Origin: Planctomycetota bacterium
Lineage (GTDB): Bacteria > Planctomycetota > SZUA-567 > H5-PLA8
Assembly: GCA_045863855.1 (NCBI GenBank)
Contig: BTVV01000008.1
Span: 40,668 to 104,667, forward strand
Direction of reading: 5' to 3'
DNA length: 64,000 nucleotides
Part shown: piece by piece, positions 19,305 to 29,566 of the stretch
How the letters are laid out: the number at the start of each line of letters is the position of its first letter
How positions within the stretch are numbered: position 1 is the first letter of the stretch
Notes under the pieces: generated by a model
Told to the model about the DNA's origin: nothing
Seen by the model: the letters and a program-made list of their open reading frames with translations, nothing else
The model's database searches: none
Program-made: the position numbers and the translations under genes

Positions 19305-22214
19305 TTATTTCCACGAGGTTCCGCTTACGTCGGTCCGGGTAAGGAGGTATGTAGTGGAAAATGTTAGGTTTCCACTTGGGGTGACGATCACAAAGTCCAC
19401 GTCCAACGGGAAGGTTAGGCCACCCGCTCCGGCGTTGGGAATGCCTGTGCCTGCCACATAATTGGTGGTCAGCTTGAAGGTCTTCTTCGCGTTGGCGAGT
19501 TGGAAGGACTTCAGCTCGACCGGCTTAGCGGGATCCTTGGCGTTCATCGTGAAGGTGGCTAGGGCGCCGGCCCCGGACGTCAGGATGACCGCATCGGGAA
19601 TCACGATGCCCGTCGCGCCGCCCAAGTCCACAGTTACGTCGCCCGAGAGGTCCAGTGCCGCGCCGCCTGCCGGATGCAGGAAGCCGCTGAGGCTCAAAAG
19701 GTGCCCCAAGCCGTTGCGCGTGTCTTCCTTGGCGCTGCCCTTGGTGACCACGAAGAAGCCGCCGAAGGACATGTTCTTCGCGGCGGAGAACTTGCCCTTG
19801 CTGCTGACGCCCAAGCGGGACGTGACGTCGAATCGGATCAGCCCGTTCAGGTCCAGGTAGGTGATCGCGGCGCCGTTGGTAAAGCGCAAGCCTACGGCCA
19901 CATCGAGTTGCTCGACGCCGGTCTGGTCGTCGGGACCGAGTTCGGCGAGGAGGTCCGCCGCTTTAAGCTGCATCAGGAACATCTTGGACTTGAGCGTCAC
20001 CTGCGCCTTTATGCCCGGCACGACGCCTTTGGCCGAAGCAAAGCGCCCGGCGGCGTCGAGGATCGCCGTGGCGACGTCGGTCCCGTTCAAGGTCAGGATG
20101 GCGCGCACGCCGGCCAGATTGGCGGGCAGATCCATGGGGTTGAAGTTCCCGCGGATCATGAACGCGTCGGCGTTGGGCTTGGTGCGGCTGATCGAGAAGT
20201 TTCCGCTGCTGGCGTAGAGATCCGCATCGTCGGCTCCGCCGGCCACCGAGATCAGCAGGCTCGCGGCGACGCTTGGCACCCCTTCGTCGTCGGTGACGAC
20301 CAGCGTGGCGAAGTATGCGCCGGGATCTGTATAGGTGTGGCTGATGGTGGCGGAGGCGTTGGTGGGGGACGTATTCCCGTCGCCGAAGTCCCAGGCGTAG
20401 TTGGCGATGGTGTTGGTGCGGTCGGGATCGGAAGAACCCGCGCCGCTAAAGTCGACCTCTTCGTCGTCACCAATCTCCACGGAACCGCTATTGCCGTTTC
20501 CAGTCATGACGGCCACCGGAACCCGATGAACGTAAAACTTGTTCGTGGCGGTCACGGTTCCGCCGTCGGTGGGGTTGGTGACCGTCACGCTGCGGAAGAT
20601 GGTCGCGTCGGCACTGGCTGCGATGGAGACGTTGGCCGTGAGTTGGTTGGCCGCGTTGAAGGTGACGCTGTTTACCGTGATTCCGGTACCCGAAAAGCTC
20701 ACCGTGGGCGTACCGCCAGAGTTGTGGAAGTTCGTGCCGTTTACGGTCAAATCTCCCGTGAAGCCTTGCAAAGCAAAGAGAGGGGCCACGGTGCTTACCG
20801 TCGGGTCAGGCCCGGCCACCAGGAAGGCGTTGTTTTTTGTGGATGAGCTACCGTCGTCGGTATTGGTAGTGGTTACGTTTCGCCAACCGATTGCCGCACC
20901 CCCGGCGACTGAAACATCGACTATCAGTTCGGTGCTGCCGGTTCGCGAGACGTTGTTGACCGTGACACCCGTGCCACTAAACGAGACCGTGTTGCCGCCG
21001 GAGTGGAAGTCCGAGCCCTCAAAGGTGAGGTCATCTGACGTGCCGCGCACGACCCGATTAGGAGTGATGGTGTCGACAATAGGGGCACTACCACTAATTA
21101 CGGTAATCTCGTTGCTGAATTCGTTGGTCGTTGCGGCGGCGTTGGTAAACTTGGCGCGTACTCGGTACTGGTAAGTACCGGCTGAGGGAGTATCCGTGAT
21201 GGTAAAGGTTGGATCACCTGTACTGAAGTCCTGACTGCCCGTGGAGTCGGTGAAGTCGCCTACCTTAGCGTATGAGCCGACCGGAGATCCATCTGGTTTG
21301 CGCCAAAGTTCGTAATGTTCGACGGAGGCGGCGGAATCGGTTCCCGTTCCGTCTGTCGTATCGGCGCCTGTCACGTGAAGCGAAACTTTCCGAACAAGAA
21401 TGTCGGCAATGTTATTGCCTGGAGTTGGATTGCTGATCTTGGGCACGGCGCGGCTGTAGAGGACCTGCAGGAAGTACATATCATCGTTGATGGGCCGCTC
21501 CGTTCCTGAAACGGATGGAAACATTAATGCGCCACTCTCGCTCGTATGTCCCAGGTTGAGCGCATGGCAAAATTCGTGCGCGGCGGTAGCGCGAAGGACG
21601 GCGGCTGAACCAAATGCCCCTGACTCCGTATCCAATTTTACAAAGCCGTCCGTGATGTAGGTCGGATCACCGGTGCTCCAGCCACCCAGCCCAATGGTAC
21701 TGCCTGATAGCGTACCCTTGCCTACGCGAATGGCCCCAGAGCCGTCGGATCGTTCTTCGACGACGATTCCACAATGATCTTCCAGAGCTTCGAATGCCGC
21801 ACGGATCTGATCTTTGCAATTCGCGATGCCGAGATCGGTGCCATCTGCGATCGCGCTTAAGGATACACTACCGTTTACCGTTTCATTGCTGGTGACGAAC
21901 TCGAACGTAATGAGCGTTTTCTGTCCCGGCGCGCCAGGTTCCCAGCGATCCGAAGACGAGCCTAGGAAGGAACGCTTGCCGACGCTGCGCGACCCCGGTA
22001 ACCGCAGCCAATGCTTCTCCGGATCCCACCCGCAACACCCGCCCCCATGAACGTGCGGCGCGGTCGTGCCTGCTTCACCCGCATGAAGCCGGGGAGGTGC
22101 CGTTAAAACACAAAGCGCCATGCAGGCCACGATTGTGGCTGCGCAGACCCTGCGAAGCTGGATAGGCTCTATAGCCGCCGCCCGTTGCACCAATTCGATC
22201 ACTAGAACTCCCAC
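19305..22214 (-). CDS. Secreted matrixin (M10-like) zinc metalloprotease with Ig/IPT-like repeats and PKD domain
   Basis: HEFCHALNLGH zinc motif and Met-turn ALMFP; two ~100-aa repeats (TVSFSGTGVTVN.V); PKD signature YAWDFGDG...SHTYTDPGAYFATLVVTD; signal peptide. Confidence 0.85.
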   Translation of the reverse strand: MGVLVIELVQRAAAIEPIQLRRVCAATIVACMALCVLTAPPRLHAGEAGTTAPHVHGGGCCGWDPEKHWLRLPGSRSVGKRSFLGSSSDRWEPGAPGQKTLITFEFVTSNETVNGSVSLSAIADGTDLGIANCKDQIRAAFEALEDHCGIVVEERSDGSGAIRVGKGTLSGSTIGLGGWSTGDPTYITDGFVKLDTESGAFGSAAVLRATAAHEFCHALNLGHTSESGALMFPSVSGTERPINDDMYFLQVLYSRAVPKISNPTPGNNIADILVRKVSLHVTGADTTDGTGTDSAASVEHYELWRKPDGSPVGSYAKVGDFTDSTGSQDFSTGDPTFTITDTPSAGTYQYRVRAKFTNAAATTNEFSNEITVISGSAPIVDTITPNRVVRGTSDDLTFEGSDFHSGGNTVSFSGTGVTVNNVSRTGSTELIVDVSVAGGAAIGWRNVTTTNTDDGSSSTKNNAFLVAGPDPTVSTVAPLFALQGFTGDLTVNGTNFHNSGGTPTVSFSGTGITVNSVTFNAANQLTANVSIAASADATIFRSVTVTNPTDGGTVTATNKFYVHRVPVAVMTGNGNSGSVEIGDDEEVDFSGAGSSDPDRTNTIANYAWDFGDGNTSPTNASATISHTYTDPGAYFATLVVTDDEGVPSVAASLLISVAGGADDADLYASSGNFSISRTKPNADAFMIRGNFNPMDLPANLAGVRAILTLNGTDVATAILDAAGRFASAKGVVPGIKAQVTLKSKMFLMQLKAADLLAELGPDDQTGVEQLDVAVGLRFTNGAAITYLDLNGLIRFDVTSRLGVSSKGKFSAAKNMSFGGFFVVTKGSAKEDTRNGLGHLLSLSGFLHPAGGAALDLSGDVTVDLGGATGIVIPDAVILTSGAGALATFTMNAKDPAKPVELKSFQLANAKKTFKLTTNYVAGTGIPNAGAGGLTFPLDVDFVIVTPSGNLTFSTTYLLTRTDVSGTSWK

Positions 22215-22455
22215 TAACCCCGCCTAACTCTACAAGGTGCATGCCCGAGGGTCAATCAACATGCGCCGTGCGTAAACCATTTTGCGAAACGCACGTGTGC
22301 TTGCTTTCGGCCTTTAAGGGACGTAACGTAACTTGTGCAGGCGCGCTCGCCCCTGCAAGTGCTTCGTGAATCCTGGCCGAGCCCCGTTTACCCCTGCCTT
22401 GACCCCCAACTCTGAGGCGTCGAGCGGGCCGCTTCTTAGGAGGAAGATCGTTCCC

Positions 22456-23631
22456 ATGGCCGAAACCATCGCCCCGCACGGCGGCACCTTGATCAACCGG
22501 GAAGTCACCGGTGCGCAACGGCAGAGCTTGCTCGAGAAGGCCGAGAAGCTGCCCAAGATCCGGCTGCACGATTTCGAAGTCTCCGACCTCGACATGCTGG
22601 CCTGCGGCGCGCTTTCGCCCCTGCAGGGCTTCATGGGCAAGGCCGAACTCGAAGGCACGCTCGAAGCCATGCGCCTGCCCAACGGTTCGATCTGGAGCCT
22701 CCCGATCGTTTTGGCCCGCCCGAAGGATCAGGTCGGCCGCGTCGGCGCCGGCGACGAAGTGGCGCTGACCGATGCCGACGGGAACGTCCTGGCGGTCCTG
22801 CACGTCGAAGAGCAGTACGAACACGATCAGGACAAGCATGCCAAGCTGGCCTTCGGGACCGGCGACGAAGGGCATCCGGGTGTCGCGCGCATCAAGGGCC
22901 TGATGGGCAACGTCGGCCTGGGCGGCAAGGTCTCGGTCGTCAACCGCGTGAAATACAAGGACTTCAACGAGCATCGCCTCGATCCGGCGCAGACGCGCGC
23001 GAAGTTCGCCGAACTGGGCTGGAAGACGGTCGTCGCATTCCAGACGCGCAATCCGATTCACCGCGCGCACGAGTACCTCACCAAGGTGGCGCTGGAGATC
23101 GTCGACGGCCTGCTGGTGCATCCGCTGGTGGGCGACACCAAGGGCGACGACGTTCCGGCCGCGGTGCGCATGGAGTGCTACAAAGTCCTGCTCGAGAACT
23201 ACTACCCCAAGAAGAGCGTGATGCTCTCGGTCTTCCCGGCGGCGATGCGCTACGGCGGGCCGCGCGAGGCGATCTTCCACGCGCTGTGCCGCAAGAACTA
23301 CGGCGTCACGCACTTCATCGTCGGCCGCGACCATGCCGGCGTGAAAGACCGCGAAGGGAAGTCGTACTACGGCGACTACGACGCGCAGAACATCTTCGAA
23401 CGCTTCAAGCCCGAAGAGCTGGGCATCCAGATCTTCAAGTTCGAGCACACCTACTTCGACAAGCGCACGGGCGGGATGGTCAGCTTCAAGACCGCGCCGG
23501 CCAACGCCGAAGCGGTGAGCGTCAGCGGCACGAAGCTGCGCGAGATGCTGCAGAAGGGCGAAATTCCGCCGCCCGAGGTGACGCGGCCGGAAGTCGCTCA
23601 GGTCCTGATCAAGGCCATGCGCGCCAAGTAA
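22456..23631 (+). CDS. sat: Sulfate adenylyltransferase (Sat type)
   Basis: PHGGTL, SPLQGFM, FQTRNPIHRAHE, MRYGGPREA, IVGRDHAG, SGTKLREML; AGGAGG SD. Confidence 0.96.
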   Translation: MAETIAPHGGTLINREVTGAQRQSLLEKAEKLPKIRLHDFEVSDLDMLACGALSPLQGFMGKAELEGTLEAMRLPNGSIWSLPIVLARPKDQVGRVGAGDEVALTDADGNVLAVLHVEEQYEHDQDKHAKLAFGTGDEGHPGVARIKGLMGNVGLGGKVSVVNRVKYKDFNEHRLDPAQTRAKFAELGWKTVVAFQTRNPIHRAHEYLTKVALEIVDGLLVHPLVGDTKGDDVPAAVRMECYKVLLENYYPKKSVMLSVFPAAMRYGGPREAIFHALCRKNYGVTHFIVGRDHAGVKDREGKSYYGDYDAQNIFERFKPEELGIQIFKFEHTYFDKRTGGMVSFKTAPANAEAVSVSGTKLREMLQKGEIPPPEVTRPEVAQVLIKAMRAK

Positions 23632-23659
23632 GCGTGCGGTTGTTACGAAGAGGTATCCG

Positions 23660-23696
23660 ACGAGGCGCGCCCTGCAAGGCGCGCCTCGTTTGCTTG
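23660..23696 (+). terminator. Terminator hairpin after sat
   Basis: ACGAGGCGCGCC-CTGCAA-GGCGCGCCTCGT then TTGCTT. Confidence 0.65.
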
Positions 23697-23750
23697 CAGG
23701 GAGCCCGAATTTCTGCGGTCGAGCGGCGGGATTCGCGCGTCTACAATACG

Positions 23751-24575
23751 ATGCGTATGCGGAACTCCACACGGCACGGGCAGGGTTTCGGGCGAGCGGC
23801 GCTCCGGACGGGGCTCTTGGCCTGCGCGCTGGCCGCCGCCGCACCGGCCGGCGCCGGCGAAGCTTCCGGCGACAGGCCGGCGGCGGCCGCCGCTTCCCCC
23901 GAGGTGCGCGCCAAGGCGCTGGTCGAGCAACTGGGCGATCCGCGCTTCGGGCCGCGTTCGCAGGCCTACGACGAACTGCTGCGCATGGGGCGCGCACCCG
24001 AAGGGCGCGCTGTTTTGGAACCGCTCACCGTGGCGCTGAACCACGCCGACCCGGAAGTTCGCACGCGCGCCGCCGAAATCCTCATCGAACTGCGCGGGCG
24101 CGGCTTCATCGGCATCCAGCTCAACGAGGACTGGGGTGGGGAGCAGGTCGCCGACTATACCGAGATCGACGAAGAGAACGGCCAATTGGCGCCGCCCGTG
24201 CCGGCCGAAGAACCCAAGCCCGGCGCGCCGCGCCCGTTCCTGCCCGCTCCGATCGTGCAAGTGGCCACCGTCGTGCGCGGGCAGAACCTGCCCGGCGAAA
24301 AGGCGGGCATTCAGGACGGCGACAAGATCCTGGCCGTCAACGGCCGGCCCACGCGCGGGATGTACGATCTGATGCGCGAAGTGATCTTCGCCGGCCCCGG
24401 CACGCGCATTCCGGTGCAGATCGAACGCGGCGGCAAGAAGCAACTGGTGACGGTGGATTTGGCCCGCAATCCCGAAGACGCGGCTCCGCCGATCGACCTG
24501 CGCAAGCCCGAATCGCTACCTGTGCCCGCGGCCAAAACGGAGCCCGACGTGCAGCCCGACGATGGCAATAAATAA
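23751..24575 (+). CDS. Exported HEAT-like plus PDZ domain protein
   Basis: Signal-like segment; HEAT-like LVEQLGD...ADPEVRTRAAEIL; PDZ GFIGIQ...PGEKAGIQDGDKILAVNG...VQIERGG. Confidence 0.75.
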   Translation: MRMRNSTRHGQGFGRAALRTGLLACALAAAAPAGAGEASGDRPAAAAASPEVRAKALVEQLGDPRFGPRSQAYDELLRMGRAPEGRAVLEPLTVALNHADPEVRTRAAEILIELRGRGFIGIQLNEDWGGEQVADYTEIDEENGQLAPPVPAEEPKPGAPRPFLPAPIVQVATVVRGQNLPGEKAGIQDGDKILAVNGRPTRGMYDLMREVIFAGPGTRIPVQIERGGKKQLVTVDLARNPEDAAPPIDLRKPESLPVPAAKTEPDVQPDDGNK

Positions 24576-24581
24576 CAGAGC

Positions 24582-24606
24582 GGCCATTTCCGGCTCGGAA
24601 ATGGCC
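24582..24606. terminator. Hairpin between convergent PDZ gene and rpmH
   Basis: GGCCATTTCCG-GCT-CGGAAATGGCC, a perfect 11-bp stem. Confidence 0.65.
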
Positions 24607-24642
24607 CCTGTCAACCCCTCGAAGATTCGGTGAATCGAAGCG

Positions 24643-24780
24643 TTATCCGAAGACCGTCGCCGTCCGGCCGCGGCTGCGGCGGCGGTTCAGCACCTTCCGG
24701 CCGCTCTTCGTCCGCTTGCGGGCGAGGAAGCCCGAGACCCGGCGCTTCTTGAGGCGAGACCTGCGTTCGTTCGTCTTCAT
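24643..24780 (-). CDS. rpmH: 50S ribosomal protein L34 (not in ORF track)
   Basis: Manual translation MKTNERRSRLKKRRVSGFLARKRTKSGRKVLNRRRSRGRTATVFG (45 aa) fits the L34 pattern GF.AR..T..GR.VL.RRR..GR; AAGGAG SD. Confidence 0.93.
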   Translation of the reverse strand: MKTNERRSRLKKRRVSGFLARKRTKSGRKVLNRRRSRGRTATVFG

Positions 24781-25043
24781 TGCTGCCACTCCTTGCCGAA
24801 CCACCGTCTCCGTCGGCTCGGCCGACCGGAAAGCGAGGCATTATGCGCCCTCGCTTTATTACGTCAAGTCTATCTCCACAAGTCCTTTACCCGAACCCGC
24901 GCTTCTCCTGAGCCAGCCGCACCTTCCGTGTTTGCCGGGCGGAGCGGAATCCCCGATAGTGGGGGGCGCTTGAGAAGTCTATTCGAGAACTTGCCGCGGC
25001 GGCGGATCGTCCGCCGAAGGCCCCCTGGAGTCGCTGCGCCCGC

Positions 25044-26738
25044 ATGTCCGGCCGCCTGCCTTATCTTGCCGAAGGCGCCTGCATTGCGGTGCTGGCGAGT
25101 TTCCTGTTCGCCTACGGGATGGACCAGCGCGACCTGCTCCGCGCCAGCGAAGGCCGCGTTGCGCGCGCCGCGCAGGAAATGCTCGACCGAGGCGAATGGG
25201 TGCTCCCGTACCTGAACGGGGAGCCGCGGATCAAGAAGCCGCCGCTGGCCTCGTGGGCGGTGATGCTCTGGGCGTTGGCCTTCGAAGGCGGCGTCGTGAC
25301 GGAACGCGCAGCCTTTGCGCCTTCGGTCCTGGCAGGCGTACTAAGCGTGCTCCTGATTTACGCTTGGCGGGCCCGTTTGCGATCCGGCGATGCGCAAGCC
25401 GACCGGTCCGCCGGGTTCCTCGCCGCGCTGGTATTGGCCGGATCGCTGGGCTTCCTGGGACAGGCGCGGCAGGCCGATCTCGACATCTGGCTCGCGCTTT
25501 TTACCGTGCTGGCCTTCTGGGCTTGGGAACGCTACCGCCTCGAAGGTGCATCCGGCGCGCTGGCGGTCTTTTACCTCGCGCTGGCGCTGGGCTTTCTGAC
25601 CAAGGGCCACGTGATCCTGGTCACGGTAGTACCGCCCCTCCTGATCTGGCGCTTTATGGAAGCCCGGCGCGGCACGCCGGAGCCTTCGGCTGCTCGTCCG
25701 TGGCGCTGGCACGCCATCGGCATCGCACTCTTCTTATTGCTGGTGCTGGGGTGGGGGATTCCCTTCTTGCAGCGCAGCGGCCTGACGTGGGAAGGCTTCC
25801 GAAAAGAGGGGCTGGACCGTTTTGACGCCGAGACGTCGCACCAGGAAGCGCCGTACTGGTACCTTGCCAACGTACCGCTCTGGATGGCGCCGTGGATCGC
25901 CTGGCTTCCCTTCGCGATAGCTTGGCAGCTCAAGAAGCCCGCCGATGCGCTCGACCCGCGGCGGCGGCTGTGGTGGCTGTGGTTCGGCGTGAATCTGGTG
26001 CTCTGGTCGTGCCTCACCGGAAAGCAACGCCACTACGCGATCCCTTGGCTGGTACCGCTGGCGCTCTTGATCGGGGACGGCGTTGTGGGCTTTCTGCGCG
26101 CTTACGCCGCCGGCGAACGCCGCACCGACCTGAACGCCGGGCGCGGGTCCGCGATCGGCCTTGGCTTGCTGCTGGCGTTCGGAGCCTTGGGCTTGGCCGG
26201 TTGGGCGCAACACAAGTTGGACGCGGGCGCCTGGGTCTGGATTTTTGCGGGCATCGGCGCCGTGAGCTTTCTGCTGGGCGCCCTCAAGGCCGCCCGCGTC
26301 ACCCCGGACGCCTGCCGCGACGGAGTCTGTCCGCGCATCTGCTGGATGGCTTGGTGGGGCGGCGTGCTGGCGGTTGCCGCGCTGTATACGCAAACCTTCG
26401 AGCGCGCCGATAACGCGGCGCAGACCGAGGCCGGATTCTGCCTGAGCGTACGCGCCGCGGTTCCGCCGGATGCGCCGCTGTACGACACCGGGCTGGGCCG
26501 GCCACACCTGCTGTTTTATCTGGGCCGCAATGTCGGATCTGTCGAGAACGAGCCGGAAGCGGTGCTGAAGATCCTGCGCTCCGAACCGCGCGCGTACCTG
26601 CTGCTCACCGCGGGGCTGCTGGAGAAACTGCCTCCCGGCGCCTATGTGGAAGCCATTCCGAGCGAACCGCGCAGCGAGCGGCACCGCTACGGCGCCTGCC
26701 TGATACGAGGAGCGCCGGCCGCAAGCCCGCCGGAGTAG
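25044..26738 (+). CDS. ArnT/PMT-family (GT83-like) integral membrane glycosyltransferase
   Basis: SEGRVARAAQEMLDRGEWVLPYLNGEPRIKKPPL, LGFLTKGH, KQRHYAIP; about 12 TM helices. Confidence 0.87.
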   Translation: MSGRLPYLAEGACIAVLASFLFAYGMDQRDLLRASEGRVARAAQEMLDRGEWVLPYLNGEPRIKKPPLASWAVMLWALAFEGGVVTERAAFAPSVLAGVLSVLLIYAWRARLRSGDAQADRSAGFLAALVLAGSLGFLGQARQADLDIWLALFTVLAFWAWERYRLEGASGALAVFYLALALGFLTKGHVILVTVVPPLLIWRFMEARRGTPEPSAARPWRWHAIGIALFLLLVLGWGIPFLQRSGLTWEGFRKEGLDRFDAETSHQEAPYWYLANVPLWMAPWIAWLPFAIAWQLKKPADALDPRRRLWWLWFGVNLVLWSCLTGKQRHYAIPWLVPLALLIGDGVVGFLRAYAAGERRTDLNAGRGSAIGLGLLLAFGALGLAGWAQHKLDAGAWVWIFAGIGAVSFLLGALKAARVTPDACRDGVCPRICWMAWWGGVLAVAALYTQTFERADNAAQTEAGFCLSVRAAVPPDAPLYDTGLGRPHLLFYLGRNVGSVENEPEAVLKILRSEPRAYLLLTAGLLEKLPPGAYVEAIPSEPRSERHRYGACLIRGAPAASPPE

Positions 26739-26821
26739 CGCGCTCCCGCACGCACTTTCATCCCTAGGACCTGCGGGTATAACTCGGACCACTATTCACC
26801 CAATGCGAAGGACACGACCGC

Positions 26822-27862
<1,041 letters not shown>

Positions 27863-27959
27863 CCGGTCGTTCCGCATGCCTTCGAAGCCCGTTGGGCAAG
27901 AGTCTGCTGTGAGCCGTACGCCGTTTGCCGATCGCTGCTCCAACCCCGAGAGACCGACC

Positions 27960-28967
27960 ATGGACCATCCCGAACGCCCGCACGCCCCCGATGTCGCCGA
28001 ACGCGAAAGCGTAGACGACGGTTTTAGCGCCGGCTGGGGTCTGCAGATGCAGCCTTCGGTGAAGTACTGGCTCGATTGCCACACGCACATGTCGGAAAAA
28101 CGCGCGCCGGACATTTTGGAGTCCGTCGCCCACTGGCACGGTCCGATGTGGGGCCATCGCTTGCGCCGCCACGTCGCGGTGGACGGCTACCCCGACCGTG
28201 CCGATGCGCTCGCCGCCGCCGCGAAAGCCGACGACCGTTTTCTGTGGCTGTGCCGCATGCGCTTCGATGCGCCGGACGTGAAGCACCTCGAACGCTGCAA
28301 GGACTTGGGCGCGGTGGGCCTGAAGCTCCACAACGCGCCGTTGATCGAGAGCGGCGCCGAACGGCGCAGCGTCCTCTCCGACGAGTGGCAGCGCGTGTAC
28401 CGGCGCGCGGGCGAACTGGGCCTCCCGGTGCTCTGGCACGTCACGCAGCGCCACACGGCCTCGCCCTACACCGGGGGCGGGCTGCATTCGTACTGGAAGG
28501 TCGGCTGGCCCAACGGCGTGAAGTACACGAACGAGGATCTGCTGAGCGATTTCGAAGAGGCGGTGGCGGCGCATCGCAAGACCACCTTCATCGGCGCGCA
28601 CCAGCTCCATATCGGCCCCAAGCGCATGGCGGCGCTTTTCGCCAAGCATCCCAACTTGGTGGTGGACACGTCCATCGGCTGTTTCGTCGCGGCGGACGAC
28701 ACCATGTACGACGAAGACCGCGCGGTCTGGCGCGCCTTCTTCATCGAGCACGCCGACCGGTTGCTTTTCGGAACCGACGTGGTGGTGAGTCTGGCTTCCT
28801 CGAAGTGCGAACTGCTGCGGCAGCACTTCCTGGGGCACACGCGCTTCATCAAGCAGTTGCGCCTGCCTCAAGAGGTGCTGACGAAAGTCGCGCACGCGAA
28901 TTTCGAGCGCGTGGCGGGGATTGCGGAGACGGCGAACCTCTTCGAGTGGGGCGCGCTGCGGCCGTAG
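27960..28967 (+). CDS. Amidohydrolase-2 family metal-dependent hydrolase
   Basis: DCHTH, GLKLH, VLWH, FIGAH, LLFGTD metal ligands; start 27960 or 28047. Confidence 0.82.
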   Translation: MDHPERPHAPDVAERESVDDGFSAGWGLQMQPSVKYWLDCHTHMSEKRAPDILESVAHWHGPMWGHRLRRHVAVDGYPDRADALAAAAKADDRFLWLCRMRFDAPDVKHLERCKDLGAVGLKLHNAPLIESGAERRSVLSDEWQRVYRRAGELGLPVLWHVTQRHTASPYTGGGLHSYWKVGWPNGVKYTNEDLLSDFEEAVAAHRKTTFIGAHQLHIGPKRMAALFAKHPNLVVDTSIGCFVAADDTMYDEDRAVWRAFFIEHADRLLFGTDVVVSLASSKCELLRQHFLGHTRFIKQLRLPQEVLTKVAHANFERVAGIAETANLFEWGALRP

Positions 28968-28980
28968 GCCGAGGCTTGCG

Positions 28981-29565
28981 CTATAAAAAGCGGTTCAGGT
29001 ACGCCAGGCTTTCCGGATCGAGCTTGGTCATGTCGTGGATCTCGTAGCGGTTGCCGTGAACGTCGATGAGCATGACGCGGTTGTGGAGCTGCACCTGGAT
29101 CTGTTCGTAGATGTCGTTCATCTCGAACTCCACGATGCCGCGGTCGGTTTCGACGATCCACTGCACCAGCCAGCGGCGGTCGCGGACTTCCACGATGCGC
29201 TTGACCTTGGGCACGACGTAGCCGCGCCCCAGCGCTTCTTCGACAGCCTTGCGCGCCGAGTCCGAAAGCTGCTTAGAGTCTTCCAATATACCGATCACTT
29301 CGCCCCGTCCGCCGTCGGGCTTGCCTTCGAAGAACTGGATAAACCGCTGCGGATCGCTGTGCGGAAACGCGTACGCCGCGTAGACGCGCAGAAAACTTTT
29401 CTCGCCTTCGATGGTCATCCGCACCGGCGCCGTTCCACCGGGCCATTTGAACGACAGTTTGGCCGCGTCGAGCCAGTTGACGGTCTCGGCCTTGACCTTG
29501 GACTTGGCGTCAACGGGCTTCTCGCCGCTCGCGAGCGCCTCGGCGTCTTCGGGTCGAGCCACCAT
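28981..29565 (-). CDS. DUF1854-like protein
   Basis: AFPHSDPQRFI...EVIGILED...YVVPKVKRI...WIVETDRG...LIDVHGNRYEI.D...LD..S pattern; translationally coupled to the ABC gene. Confidence 0.8.
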   Translation of the reverse strand: MVARPEDAEALASGEKPVDAKSKVKAETVNWLDAAKLSFKWPGGTAPVRMTIEGEKSFLRVYAAYAFPHSDPQRFIQFFEGKPDGGRGEVIGILEDSKQLSDSARKAVEEALGRGYVVPKVKRIVEVRDRRWLVQWIVETDRGIVEFEMNDIYEQIQVQLHNRVMLIDVHGNRYEIHDMTKLDPESLAYLNRFL

Positions 29566-29566
29566 C

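Noticed and set aside
22330..22455. SAM riboswitch upstream of sat
   Set aside because: No recognisable SAM-I/II consensus or terminator in the leader.
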